Virus record (IMG/VR): IMGVR_UViG_3300042347_000838 | Coordinates: 1-41,179 of that record | Source of the DNA: a virus | Lineage: Duplodnaviria > Caudoviricetes | Reading direction: 5' to 3' (one strand) | Length of the DNA stretch: 41,179 nt | Part shown: in pieces, positions 28,992 through 36,432 of the stretch | Layout: each line of letters starts with the position of its first letter | Position numbering within the stretch: the stretch's first letter is position 1 | Made by a program: the position numbers and the translations under genes | The notes under the pieces: model-generated | Databases searched by the model: none | What the model saw: only the letters and a program-made list of their open reading frames with translations | What the model was told of the DNA's origin: nothing

Positions 28992-29023
28992 TATTCATAT
29001 AAGATGGATGAATTTGCGCAGTT
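28992..29023 (-). promoter_or_regulatory. early phage promoter copy 1
   Basis: AACTGCGCAAA-N7-ATCTTATATGAATA. Confidence 0.8.
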
Positions 29024-29246
29024 ATTTTCGCTCGATTATCTCGAGTATGCGCTGTTCTTCCCTTCTTTGCGTCTCTGGTGTCACAGTCATCGATGGATCC
29101 ATAGCCCCGGAAGATTGAACCTGTTTCTCAACGTGCTCAAGAACCTGTTGATTGGGCTGTCGGTGTGCTGCATCAAAGTACACTGACGCACCTCCCAATG
29201 CGGCAGAGGTCTGAATCACGACAAAAGCAATGATGGCCCCAAACAT
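29022..29246 (-). CDS. small membrane/exported protein
   Basis: N-terminal hydrophobic segment; AGGAG RBS. Confidence 0.55.
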   Translation of the reverse strand: MFGAIIAFVVIQTSAALGGASVYFDAAHRQPNQQVLEHVEKQVQSSGAMDPSMTVTPETQRREEQRILEIIERK

Positions 29247-29573
29247 TTATGCTCCTTTCAGAATTTTATTGCAGACGAACCTGACGGTGGCAGATAGCGG
29301 TGTGTCAACACCCGCCGCCCAGATCTCGACCAAAGGTTTTTCACCAAACACGACGATGGTTCCATCAGTGTTACCGCAGCCAGCGACAAATGCGCGATAG
29401 AGAACCACGTCTTTTTCCTCAGTAACAGCGATGATGAAAGTCCCATCTCTCTTGACCGTTGCTGTTATGACAGTCAAGCCTGCCTTTGTGTCTTTGAAAT
29501 CCTCTGCGAACGCTTCTGCCGTAAACAGAATACACAGCAGCATTGCAATTACTGTAAATCCGCTCTTAAACAT
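29247..29573 (-). CDS. putative exported protein
   Basis: Signal peptide ending AFA; paired Cys; AGGAGG RBS. Confidence 0.65.
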   Translation of the reverse strand: MFKSGFTVIAMLLCILFTAEAFAEDFKDTKAGLTVITATVKRDGTFIIAVTEEKDVVLYRAFVAGCGNTDGTIVVFGEKPLVEIWAAGVDTPLSATVRFVCNKILKGA

Positions 29574-29593
29574 GGTGTTCCTCCTTCGTTGAT

Positions 29594-29845
29594 AAATCTA
29601 AAAACACTCATGTTCCAGTGTGTTTAGATTTCCCCACTGTTTCCAATGGGGTGCATGCGCCATGTTACATTTCGGTGATGCTCCACCGGACCAATTAGCG
29701 AGGGTAGCGCTACCCTTTATACCTTCCATAAATGCAGAGAGCCATATGTTGGTCGCATATGCTATATACTGATTGGGACTAGAGACAATGGTACTACTAA
29801 AGAAAGGTGAAACGCTGCCAATCTACCTGGGCAGTATCAGGTTCA
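29594..29845 (-). ncRNA. tandem-hairpin non-coding region
   Basis: At least five consecutive stem-loops including an 8-bp GAAA-tetraloop stem and a 16-bp palindrome. Confidence 0.45.
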
Positions 29846-30008
29846 TCCCTTTTAGACAGTCGGGGTAACTGCTTGGTTACGTTTTCCAAGCCAACCCCTT
29901 CTAAGAGGATTGTCGCGTCTGACTTTCGGGGACTTAGAATCCCCTATCTGTTCGCGATGTTCTGCATGGTCGAATACCATCCTATTTAACCCATAGGTGG
30001 GTGCCACC

Positions 30009-30257
30009 TTAGTACGTGGCGTTAACCGGTACATGGTATATCGCCCGCTCGCCGTAGTGATACGTCGAGACAGGGTCAATGTTGAAGCAGCTGTTCTCTG
30101 CGCAAAGGCACGGTGAACTGTTGTCATAGTCCCAATGCAGGACCACGAGACCGTTCTCAAATGAGGCGCTTTTGCAGTCGTCGTGCTGTACTGCATTTGC
30201 CACGGCCTGTGATACTTCGATCGATTGTCCATCAAGCTGAATTGTTGTAGTGTTCAT
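30009..30257 (-). CDS. hypothetical early protein
   Basis: AAGGAG RBS downstream of promoter copy 2. Confidence 0.6.
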   Translation of the reverse strand: MNTTTIQLDGQSIEVSQAVANAVQHDDCKSASFENGLVVLHWDYDNSSPCLCAENSCFNIDPVSTYHYGERAIYHVPVNATY

Positions 30258-30284
30258 TTGAAGCTCCTTTTAGATTGGTTGTTT

Positions 30285-30318
30285 GTTATTCATATAAGAT
30301 GGCATGTTTTGCGCAGTT
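30285..30318 (-). promoter_or_regulatory. early phage promoter copy 2
   Basis: AACTGCGCAAA-ACATGCC-ATCTTATATGAATAAC. Confidence 0.8.
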
Positions 30319-30324
30319 TTATAC

Positions 30325-30770
30325 CCGAATAAAACACTCGAAAGGTGCACTCCCAAACGATCTGAATTCAGAGCTTCGGCCTGAGGCGTCATCTCTTTCA
30401 TCTCACGTAACAGGGCATTCGAATGCTCTACCGGCTATAAGCTCAGCTCGCGAGGCTAAGCCACAACTAGGGTTACTTGTTTCCCTTAAGTCCTTTCTAT
30501 GACACCCTTCGGGGCTCCTTTCGGATCAATCCCTTCGTTGGCGGACAGGTTAAGACTCCAAGCAGTCTTCATACCTTTAATTCTCCCAACCTATGCTTGG
30601 ACACAGGCTTCTTGCGCGTTGCCCCGCTAAGAGCTCCAACTCATTAAGTAATGACAAGCACCGGTTAAAGTCCTTGTAAAACCAGGGAGTCCTACAAATG
30701 AACCTATGAGCGTAGCGGGATGACCTGTTCACGTCATTGCCGGCCCGACTTTCACGGGCAGTACCTTGGG
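30325..30770 (-). ncRNA. putative ~450-nt structured ncRNA
   Basis: No credible ORF; about 10 helices, GAAA tetraloop, possible pseudoknot. Confidence 0.55.
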
Positions 30771-30772
30771 GT

Positions 30773-31225
30773 TCAAGCTGCTTCTTTTACCGGCGGATAA
30801 GGATTGCCGATCTTGTCCAACATGTTGTCGCACTCAAGCCCCAACACATGGCCTTTCTGCGCATCCCAGAGAGTCGACAGCGTGTCCCTGGAAGGATAGC
30901 CCCACGGAAAGAAGTTGGCGAAGTTGTCCATGTTCACGTCGACTTGCTTACTGCGCAAGGCATGAACATACATCACTCCGTCGCCAGGGGACTCGCAGAT
31001 CATCGAAATCAACGTGATGACTGCTGGAGTAATCTTCAAACCGCAGAATGCGCTCCGGCGTTCGATCAGTTGATACATGAATTGCTCACATATCTGCTGA
31101 CCAGGGAAATTCGGATCTTTCTCGTTGAAGGAACAGGCAAGAAACACCTTCGAGAGACCCTCATTCATCGGCTCCTGCTTCGCTGCAAAGAACTTCTGGC
31201 ACCATGCTTCGTATTGCTGTTTCAT
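30773..31225 (-). CDS. hypothetical protein
   Basis: GAGGAG RBS; 150 aa. Confidence 0.65.
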   Translation of the reverse strand: MKQQYEAWCQKFFAAKQEPMNEGLSKVFLACSFNEKDPNFPGQQICEQFMYQLIERRSAFCGLKITPAVITLISMICESPGDGVMYVHALRSKQVDVNMDNFANFFPWGYPSRDTLSTLWDAQKGHVLGLECDNMLDKIGNPYPPVKEAA

Positions 31226-31340
31226 TTGCTTCTCCTCTTGGTAAAAATCTGTACCCCATAAGGCTCCTTCAACTGATTATAGCGCGATCCCCGCTAAGGC
31301 GTTTGAGGATAGGCGTGTACTGACGCCTAGTTAAAACTTA

Positions 31341-31506
31341 TGGGCAGTCCCTTGATGGTTTCGAACCACCTATCTTCCCAGACTTCATCAATAACTCTTA
31401 GCATTCGCCCGTCGGCGTTTACTCTCAGCAATTTAACCGGTATAGCTACTGAGTACAGACACTGACTTATTCTTAGGACAGTTTATCCACATAACGTTAA
31501 AGGGGC
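31341..31506 (-). ncRNA. tRNA-like RNA with 93-nt structured insert in place of the anticodon loop
   Basis: GCCCCTT/AAGGGAC acceptor, ATGTGGATA D-loop, TCCTA/TGGGA stem, GGTGG-TTCGAAA-CCATC T-arm. Confidence 0.65.
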
Positions 31507-31623
31507 AAAGAACTATATTGTGCACACCCTGTCACGGCATGTTGATATAGAACCTTGTAAAACAGGGAGCGAGCGAACACTCCCTTTGTACTACTTCGTC
31601 CCACGCATCGGTGCCTATCGCGA

Positions 31624-31698
31624 TTAGCCTGTTACCCGATGTTGCTTTTTGGCGAGCATATGCGCGTGTCCTAGCTCGATGCTAAAGTACCAGATCAT
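31624..31698 (-). CDS. 24-aa micro-ORF MIWYFSIELGHAHMLAKKQHRVTG
   Basis: Strong AAGGAG RBS; followed by terminator-like AGGGAGTG/CGCTCCCT-GTTTT hairpin. Confidence 0.4.
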   Translation of the reverse strand: MIWYFSIELGHAHMLAKKQHRVTG

Positions 31699-31733
31699 TT
31701 GATTGCTCCTTTATTAACTCCGAGTGACACTGA

Positions 31734-31931
31734 TCAGGTGCCCTCGTGAGTGTTCAAAAGCTTGTTACGCAGGTTATCCAATGCGCGCATATCTGCCGCC
31801 AAGATAGAGCGCTGGATACTAAGCTCCTCTTGGGCCTGTGTTACGCGCCTTTCGAACCGTGCCACAGCCGCTCTCTGACTACGCACAGCGTTCTCCCACA
31901 TCAGGAGATCAACTTCTCTGGTGGAGATCAT
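31734..31931 (-). CDS. small coiled-coil protein
   Basis: ATGA overlap with upstream gene. Confidence 0.55.
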   Translation of the reverse strand: MISTREVDLLMWENAVRSQRAAVARFERRVTQAQEELSIQRSILAADMRALDNLRNKLLNTHEGT

Positions 31932-32497
31932 TCTGCCATGGCCTTGTCAGACCAGTACAGGATGGACTGCATGAACTGCTCGGCAGTGTAGGAAGCCTTT
32001 GTGCCGCCAGCCATCCCTGCCATGTTGCGTGCCATTGCCATCGGCGTCATCGGCTCCGGTAAAGCTGTGGTTCTGGCGTTGATAGAGACGATTTCCCATT
32101 CAGCATCAGGGGGAGTATCACCGTCCTCGATAATGACATCTCGATGATAAAGGACAATTTCAACATACTCCGCAGGAATCTTGTAACCTTTTGCGGTAAC
32201 GTTGATATACTTCTCCTCTTCACCACGCCGTGCCTCAAACCTGGCAATCAACTCGGATGTCTCATCAAGCTGAATGACACCCGAATAGAACATACCGATC
32301 TCTTCACAGTCACCGAAGGTATCAAAGCCGTCCGCCGGTACACGCACCAAAATCACACCAGCCTTGTAACCTGTCGTTCGGTATGCAAAGTACTTTTCGA
32401 CCAATGCTTCGAGACTCTCGAAAGAACCGGTGAAATGGCTGAACTTGCTGTCAGCTGTTTGACGACGAACGAATTCACCACACATTACCTTTTTCAT
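31928..32497 (-). CDS. DUF3228-family protein
   Basis: FVRRQ, YEARR-like FEARR, IVLYHRDVI, WEIVSINA, EPMTPMAMARN, GGT..Y..E...SILYW. Confidence 0.75.
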   Translation of the reverse strand: MKKVMCGEFVRRQTADSKFSHFTGSFESLEALVEKYFAYRTTGYKAGVILVRVPADGFDTFGDCEEIGMFYSGVIQLDETSELIARFEARRGEEEKYINVTAKGYKIPAEYVEIVLYHRDVIIEDGDTPPDAEWEIVSINARTTALPEPMTPMAMARNMAGMAGGTKASYTAEQFMQSILYWSDKAMAE

Positions 32498-32518
32498 TTG
32501 AAGCTCCTTTGGTTGTTT

Positions 32519-32552
32519 GTTATCCATATAAGATACCTGCATTTGCGCAGTT
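32519..32552 (-). promoter_or_regulatory. early phage promoter copy 3
   Basis: AACTGCGCAAA-TGCAGGT-ATCTTATATGGATAAC. Confidence 0.8.
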
Positions 32553-32563
32553 TATCTTATGTG

Positions 32564-32598
32564 AAAAACCTGCCAATCTACCTGGGCAGGATCAGGTT
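32564..32598 (-). terminator. terminator-like hairpin, duplicated at 29815-29843
   Basis: CCTGCC...GGCAGG-TTTTT; 28/29 identity to second copy. Confidence 0.65.
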
Positions 32599-32684
32599 AT
32601 TACGAGGTAACAATCAATGATGTCACGATAGAGGTTGTTTGAGGCTAGCCTCCAGGACACTCTCTACCTTGTCCTGTACTACAA

Positions 32685-32945
32685 TTAAACGCGAGCTTCC
32701 ATCTTGCGAAAGGCAGCCCAAGAAAGCTTGAAGTCATCTGTACCACCACGATGACCAGCCATGCATGCAGCCCTACGAGCAGCCCTTGCAGTGCCACGCG
32801 GCACGTTAAGAACCTTCGTCAGGCACTTCTTCTGATGCCGCTTGAGCTTCCTTGCAGCATTCACATCTTGCCGCTTGCCGGCTTTGTAAGCCGTATTGCT
32901 AGCCGACCTGCGATTACGGTCTGCTTTCGAACATCCAGTTGCCAT
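32685..32945 (-). CDS. very basic hypothetical protein
   Basis: Arg/Lys/Ala-rich; AAGGAG RBS. Confidence 0.55.
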   Translation of the reverse strand: MATGCSKADRNRRSASNTAYKAGKRQDVNAARKLKRHQKKCLTKVLNVPRGTARAARRAACMAGHRGGTDDFKLSWAAFRKMEARV

Positions 32946-33067
32946 ACAGTCACTCCTTTGGTTGTATTGATACTACGTTACGTGGACCCCATGTATGAAA
33001 GGCGTCCATCGTTGCTTGGTAACGCGAGGGTGCCTTGAATACATCCTCGTACTTCTTTCCATCAATT

Positions 33068-33421
33068 TCAATGATCGCGAGCCAGTTCTTTTGCACGTAA
33101 TGCCTCCTCTTTGAAAACCTCGTAGTGCTCTTCGAGAATCAACCATTGGCTTCTGCCTACAGCGAAAGTACCTTTGTTCGGCCCTGGGTGCTCCTCGCCT
33201 ATCACCCGCGGTTGTTCTAGCAAGCCGGTGTCGTAGTAACCGACAGCTGCTGCACGAGCCTCTTCTGCAAAGTCCCGCCAATAATAGCGCGAATAATCCT
33301 CAAGTACTTTCTCGAAGTCTTCGCGGTTCTTACAGCAAGTTGCAGCAACGATCCGATCAGGCAATGGCTCGTTATGCGTGAAGTGACGCATGATGCAAAT
33401 TGACAGTGATAGACCAATCAT
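33068..33421 (-). CDS. hypothetical protein
   Basis: Coupled ORF in early cassette. Confidence 0.55.
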   Translation of the reverse strand: MIGLSLSICIMRHFTHNEPLPDRIVAATCCKNREDFEKVLEDYSRYYWRDFAEEARAAAVGYYDTGLLEQPRVIGEEHPGPNKGTFAVGRSQWLILEEHYEVFKEEALRAKELARDH

Positions 33422-33672
33422 TATTCGCCCTCCTTTTTCATAATCACCGGCGTAGGACCATTAGAGAAACGTTCGATGAGCAAATCGGTGAACTCATCAA
33501 CATCACCTATCGTTGTGCGGAACGGAATCATGTCGATTTCCATCCAGCGGATCCACTTACCTTCATGGTGAACCTTCATGTGATTCTTCCACCATCGCCA
33601 ACGTGCCGCTTCGAGTGCATCTTGCTCTTTCTCTTCAACTTTACTACGAATCAACGCACCTAGATTGCTCAT
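33421..33672 (-). CDS. hypothetical protein
   Basis: DALEAARWRWWK motif; coupled. Confidence 0.55.
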   Translation of the reverse strand: MSNLGALIRSKVEEKEQDALEAARWRWWKNHMKVHHEGKWIRWMEIDMIPFRTTIGDVDEFTDLLIERFSNGPTPVIMKKEGE

Positions 33673-33878
33673 TCTACGTTCTCCCTGTTCAAGATATTGA
33701 CAAGCCGCTTTGCGATAAGCTCTGCGGCAGCCTCGTTTGCAGTGTGATCTTTTCCGATTGTATTACTGTACACACGGAAATGATGTTGATTTTCCCAACC
33801 ATCAAAGCCGTGACCGGTGCGTTGCAGCTTAAATACGAACGCACCTTCATGTTGCCACCTGCTGTTCTTTTGAATCAT
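33669..33878 (-). CDS. hypothetical early protein
   Basis: First ORF after promoter copy 4; AAGGA RBS. Confidence 0.55.
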   Translation of the reverse strand: MIQKNSRWQHEGAFVFKLQRTGHGFDGWENQHHFRVYSNTIGKDHTANEAAAELIAKRLVNILNRENVE

Positions 33879-33895
33879 TGTATTTTCCTTCTGTG

Positions 33896-33927
33896 GTTAT
33901 TCATATAAGATACCTGCATTTGCGCAA
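33896..33927 (-). promoter_or_regulatory. early phage promoter copy 4
   Basis: TTGCGCAAA-TGCAGGT-ATCTTATATGAATAAC. Confidence 0.8.
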
Positions 33928-33977
33928 GTATTTTAGATGAATAACCCGTCTATAATCCCGACGGGCAGGGTATTGCA

Positions 33978-34148
33978 CTAGTCCTCGTACCTTATGGGCA
34001 TTGAGACTGTTCCAGACTGATTCCAGTGATTCTGCTCATCTTGCGCAAAAGCAGCTTCACGTTGTTTCACTTCACCGCTCTCTGCAAAGCCAAATTCACA
34101 AGACTTGCAGATTTTATTAAATGCTGATCCACACAGCGGACATATCAT
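33978..34148 (-). CDS. small zinc-ribbon protein
   Basis: Manual translation MICPLCGSAFNKICKSCEF (two CxxC). Confidence 0.45.
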   Translation of the reverse strand: MICPLCGSAFNKICKSCEFGFAESGEVKQREAAFAQDEQNHWNQSGTVSMPIRYED

Positions 34149-34151
34149 CTT

Positions 34152-34655
34152 CTATTTCCTCTTGTTGTAAAAGATATGATTGTTGATGACAATTGCCTCC
34201 TCGTAACTTTTTGCCCACACCGGTCTCCTTATCTGAACCGTATGAAAGAACAGTGCACCATTGGTTACGTCAATGGTAGTTTCTAGGGCATGCTTCGCCA
34301 CCGATAAGGCTTGCTGGTAAGCAGCTTTTTCAGTGATGCTGCTCTTGAATAGTGTCCAAGAGAACTGCGAAGGTTGATATACTACACTGCAAATACTATC
34401 AGGAAAACCCTTTGTCTCTACACGGTTAAGAGTCACCTGCGCCACCGCGAGTTGGCCTAAGTATGGCTCACCTCGTGCTTCGTGGTAGACATTAGTGGCC
34501 AGGCATTCAAGCTCTTGGGCCGACACTATACGTCTGGGAGCAGGCTCTGGTATTACTTCCTCTATTGGCTGTATCGTAGCCACCGGTTGAATTGATGCGA
34601 TTGAAAGGAAAAACATTAGAGAAGCGAATGCAAAAACATTTATAGCTATTCTCAA
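34152..34655 (-). CDS. SleB-like cell wall hydrolase (Hydrolase_2)
   Basis: CLATNVYHEARGEP..GQLAVAQVTLNRV, FPDSICSVVYQPSQFSW, NHIFY; N-terminal signal anchor. Confidence 0.9.
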   Translation of the reverse strand: MRIAINVFAFASLMFFLSIASIQPVATIQPIEEVIPEPAPRRIVSAQELECLATNVYHEARGEPYLGQLAVAQVTLNRVETKGFPDSICSVVYQPSQFSWTLFKSSITEKAAYQQALSVAKHALETTIDVTNGALFFHTVQIRRPVWAKSYEEAIVINNHIFYNKRK

Positions 34656-34666
34656 GATACACCTCT

Positions 34667-34876
34667 TTATAGCAGTGTAGAGGAGAAGAGACGGACGGAG
34701 AACATATTAAAGTCCATCTCCTCATTCCACAAGACTGGTTCGTTGTTAATCTTCAGCGCACCGTTGCTAAGCCAACGCTTCAGTTCACTGTTTGTTGCTC
34801 TGCCGACCTTCTTACCCTCGCGGGTTTGAAAGTGGCAGATTTGATGCATGCTACGGAGCCACATCCAGGCATTCAT
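34667..34876 (-). CDS. small protein with S4-like RNA-binding motif
   Basis: ATNSELKRWLSNGALKINN. Confidence 0.5.
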   Translation of the reverse strand: MNAWMWLRSMHQICHFQTREGKKVGRATNSELKRWLSNGALKINNEPVLWNEEMDFNMFSVRLFSSTLL

Positions 34877-35339
34877 CAGAGGACTCCCTATCGTAGTAGT
34901 CGTCGTCGAAATCATCTTCGTGCATGCTAGCAATCTCTTTATCCATATATTTCTGGAATTCCCAGTTACTTACTACGCGCAGGAACTCTTCATCGCTCAC
35001 TTTGCGGTTGTTAATCGCATCTGCGAACGAGCGGACGTCTTTGATGCTGGATAGATAATTAAATGTAGCTGAACTAAACGGAATCATGCGGACCCCGAAT
35101 ACTTCAGCGCTACCGAGGCCAAAATCACTAAGATACTGCTCCTTACTCCAGGCATATTTACCTAATTTGCGTATCTGCCGGACATGCTGACCTTTAAAAC
35201 AATCAGCTTTTGAATCGAACGGCTTTCCGTGTACCTTGTGTGTCTCGACCCAGAATTCACCGTGACAATTGATAACGGCACGAATATACCAGGTGCCACC
35301 TTTTATTTCAGATTCCTTGCGTACACACTTGATTTTCAT
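34851..35339 (-). CDS. hypothetical protein
   Basis: GAGGAG RBS; acidic tail. Confidence 0.6.
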   Translation of the reverse strand: MKIKCVRKESEIKGGTWYIRAVINCHGEFWVETHKVHGKPFDSKADCFKGQHVRQIRKLGKYAWSKEQYLSDFGLGSAEVFGVRMIPFSSATFNYLSSIKDVRSFADAINNRKVSDEEFLRVVSNWEFQKYMDKEIASMHEDDFDDDYYDRESSDECLDVAP

Positions 35340-35340
35340 C

Positions 35341-35745
35341 TCAGCTCCTCTTGGTTGTAAACACAGGCAACTCTTGCCGCCCGTAGTGACGTCCATCTAC
35401 TTCAACGAACGTCTCGATTGTGAAAGTCACCTCTCCCACTTTATGCATCCGAGTAGGAGTCAAGATTCGGTGCTCTCTTGTGAACCCGACATCGTGCACA
35501 TAATCTGCAAGATCGATATCGGTAATAACGCTCTCTGGGGATACAGCTTCGAACAAGCAGTAGTTGTACTCTGGCAACGACTCTTTGAAGTCCAACATCC
35601 AGACAGCTTTGAAACACTCTTCAGGTGTAGGAGCCACGCAGATGCAAGGAGTCGACGGTTCACGATTGCGCCCTGAGGGTTCATTGCGTGCACGTGGTTG
35701 CCAGATACCTTCAGTAGCCTTACGGCTGATGTGAAAAAGTTTCAT
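35341..35745 (-). CDS. hypothetical protein, possible ADP-ribosyltransferase-like fold
   Basis: LFHIS...EPSTPCICVAPT...VHDVGFTREHRI; first gene after promoter copy 5. Confidence 0.5.
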   Translation of the reverse strand: MKLFHISRKATEGIWQPRARNEPSGRNREPSTPCICVAPTPEECFKAVWMLDFKESLPEYNYCLFEAVSPESVITDIDLADYVHDVGFTREHRILTPTRMHKVGEVTFTIETFVEVDGRHYGRQELPVFTTKRS

Positions 35746-35763
35746 TTGATTTTCCTCTTGGTG

Positions 35764-35797
35764 GTTATTCATATAAGATACCCTGTTTTGCGCAGTT
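35764..35797 (-). promoter_or_regulatory. early phage promoter copy 5
   Basis: AACTGCGCAAA-ACAGGGT-ATCTTATATGAATAAC. Confidence 0.8.
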
Positions 35798-35806
35798 ATT
35801 TTGGAC

Positions 35807-35845
35807 AAAAAACCCCTTTAATAGACCGAAGTCTATCTCAGGGGT
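35807..35845 (-). terminator. intrinsic terminator ending lysis module
   Basis: ACCCCT-GAG-ATAGAC-TTCG-GTCTAT-TAA-AGGGGT followed by T-run. Confidence 0.8.
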
Positions 35846-35850
35846 GGGTA

Positions 35851-36432
35851 CTACTTTGTTGCCTTATTACGTGTACCGAACCACCACAATACTATCGTAG
35901 TCGTCAAATACAAAATGCTATGTACAACATATTCAGTTAATTTCATTGCTTGATCTACATTGAGATCCTCTTGCGACAACAGCCCTTTGGCCTGGAAGTA
36001 AATATATGTCGTCAATACACAAAGGTATATCGTCAACAGCGGTCTAACACTACCCCTTAAAGCGTCGAGAAGCACCATCACCCACTGTTGATTATTCGTC
36101 AATTTCCCTGAGTTGTACAGCTTAGGCTCTAAATCGTAACTCTTTACAAATGCGGTAGCATCTACTTTGGCAATCTCACCCTCATTCTTTAACTCCTGAA
36201 GAGCATTAGCATTTGCACCTTCAAGCGTAGTAACCTCAATCTTAGCGGCAGCCTCTTGTGCCATTATGCGAGAATCAAGTTCTCTCAGTGCAACATTGTT
36301 AGCGTGACGCTGTGACTCAAGCTGCATATCAAGCTGCTTGTTCTTGTAGTCAGCAAAGCGCTGTGCAATGATGCCAATGATACCAGTTGCGCCTCCACTA
36401 AAAATAGTGCTTAGGATTGTTTCTAATATCAT
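35851..36432 (-). CDS. holin-like protein (3-TM GTA-holin family)
   Basis: LRGSVRPLLT and IVLWWFGTR motifs, TM segments, next to lysin-like gene. Confidence 0.65.
   Translation of the reverse strand: MILETILSTIFSGGATGIIGIIAQRFADYKNKQLDMQLESQRHANNVALRELDSRIMAQEAAAKIEVTTLEGANANALQELKNEGEIAKVDATAFVKSYDLEPKLYNSGKLTNNQQWVMVLLDALRGSVRPLLTIYLCVLTTYIYFQAKGLLSQEDLNVDQAMKLTEYVVHSILYLTTTIVLWWFGTRNKATK

Noticed and set aside
30325-30770. RNase P RNA, from GTGAAAGTCGGGC resembling GAGGAAAGUCCGGGC
   Set aside because: The segment forms a local hairpin and the matching 3' P4 strand (ACAGAANNCGGCUUA) is absent
31341-31506. tmRNA, intron-containing tRNA or hammerhead ribozyme
   Set aside because: No G3-U70 pair, far too short, no U33-anticodon remnant, and TTGATGA lacks the CUGANGA/GAAA core arrangement
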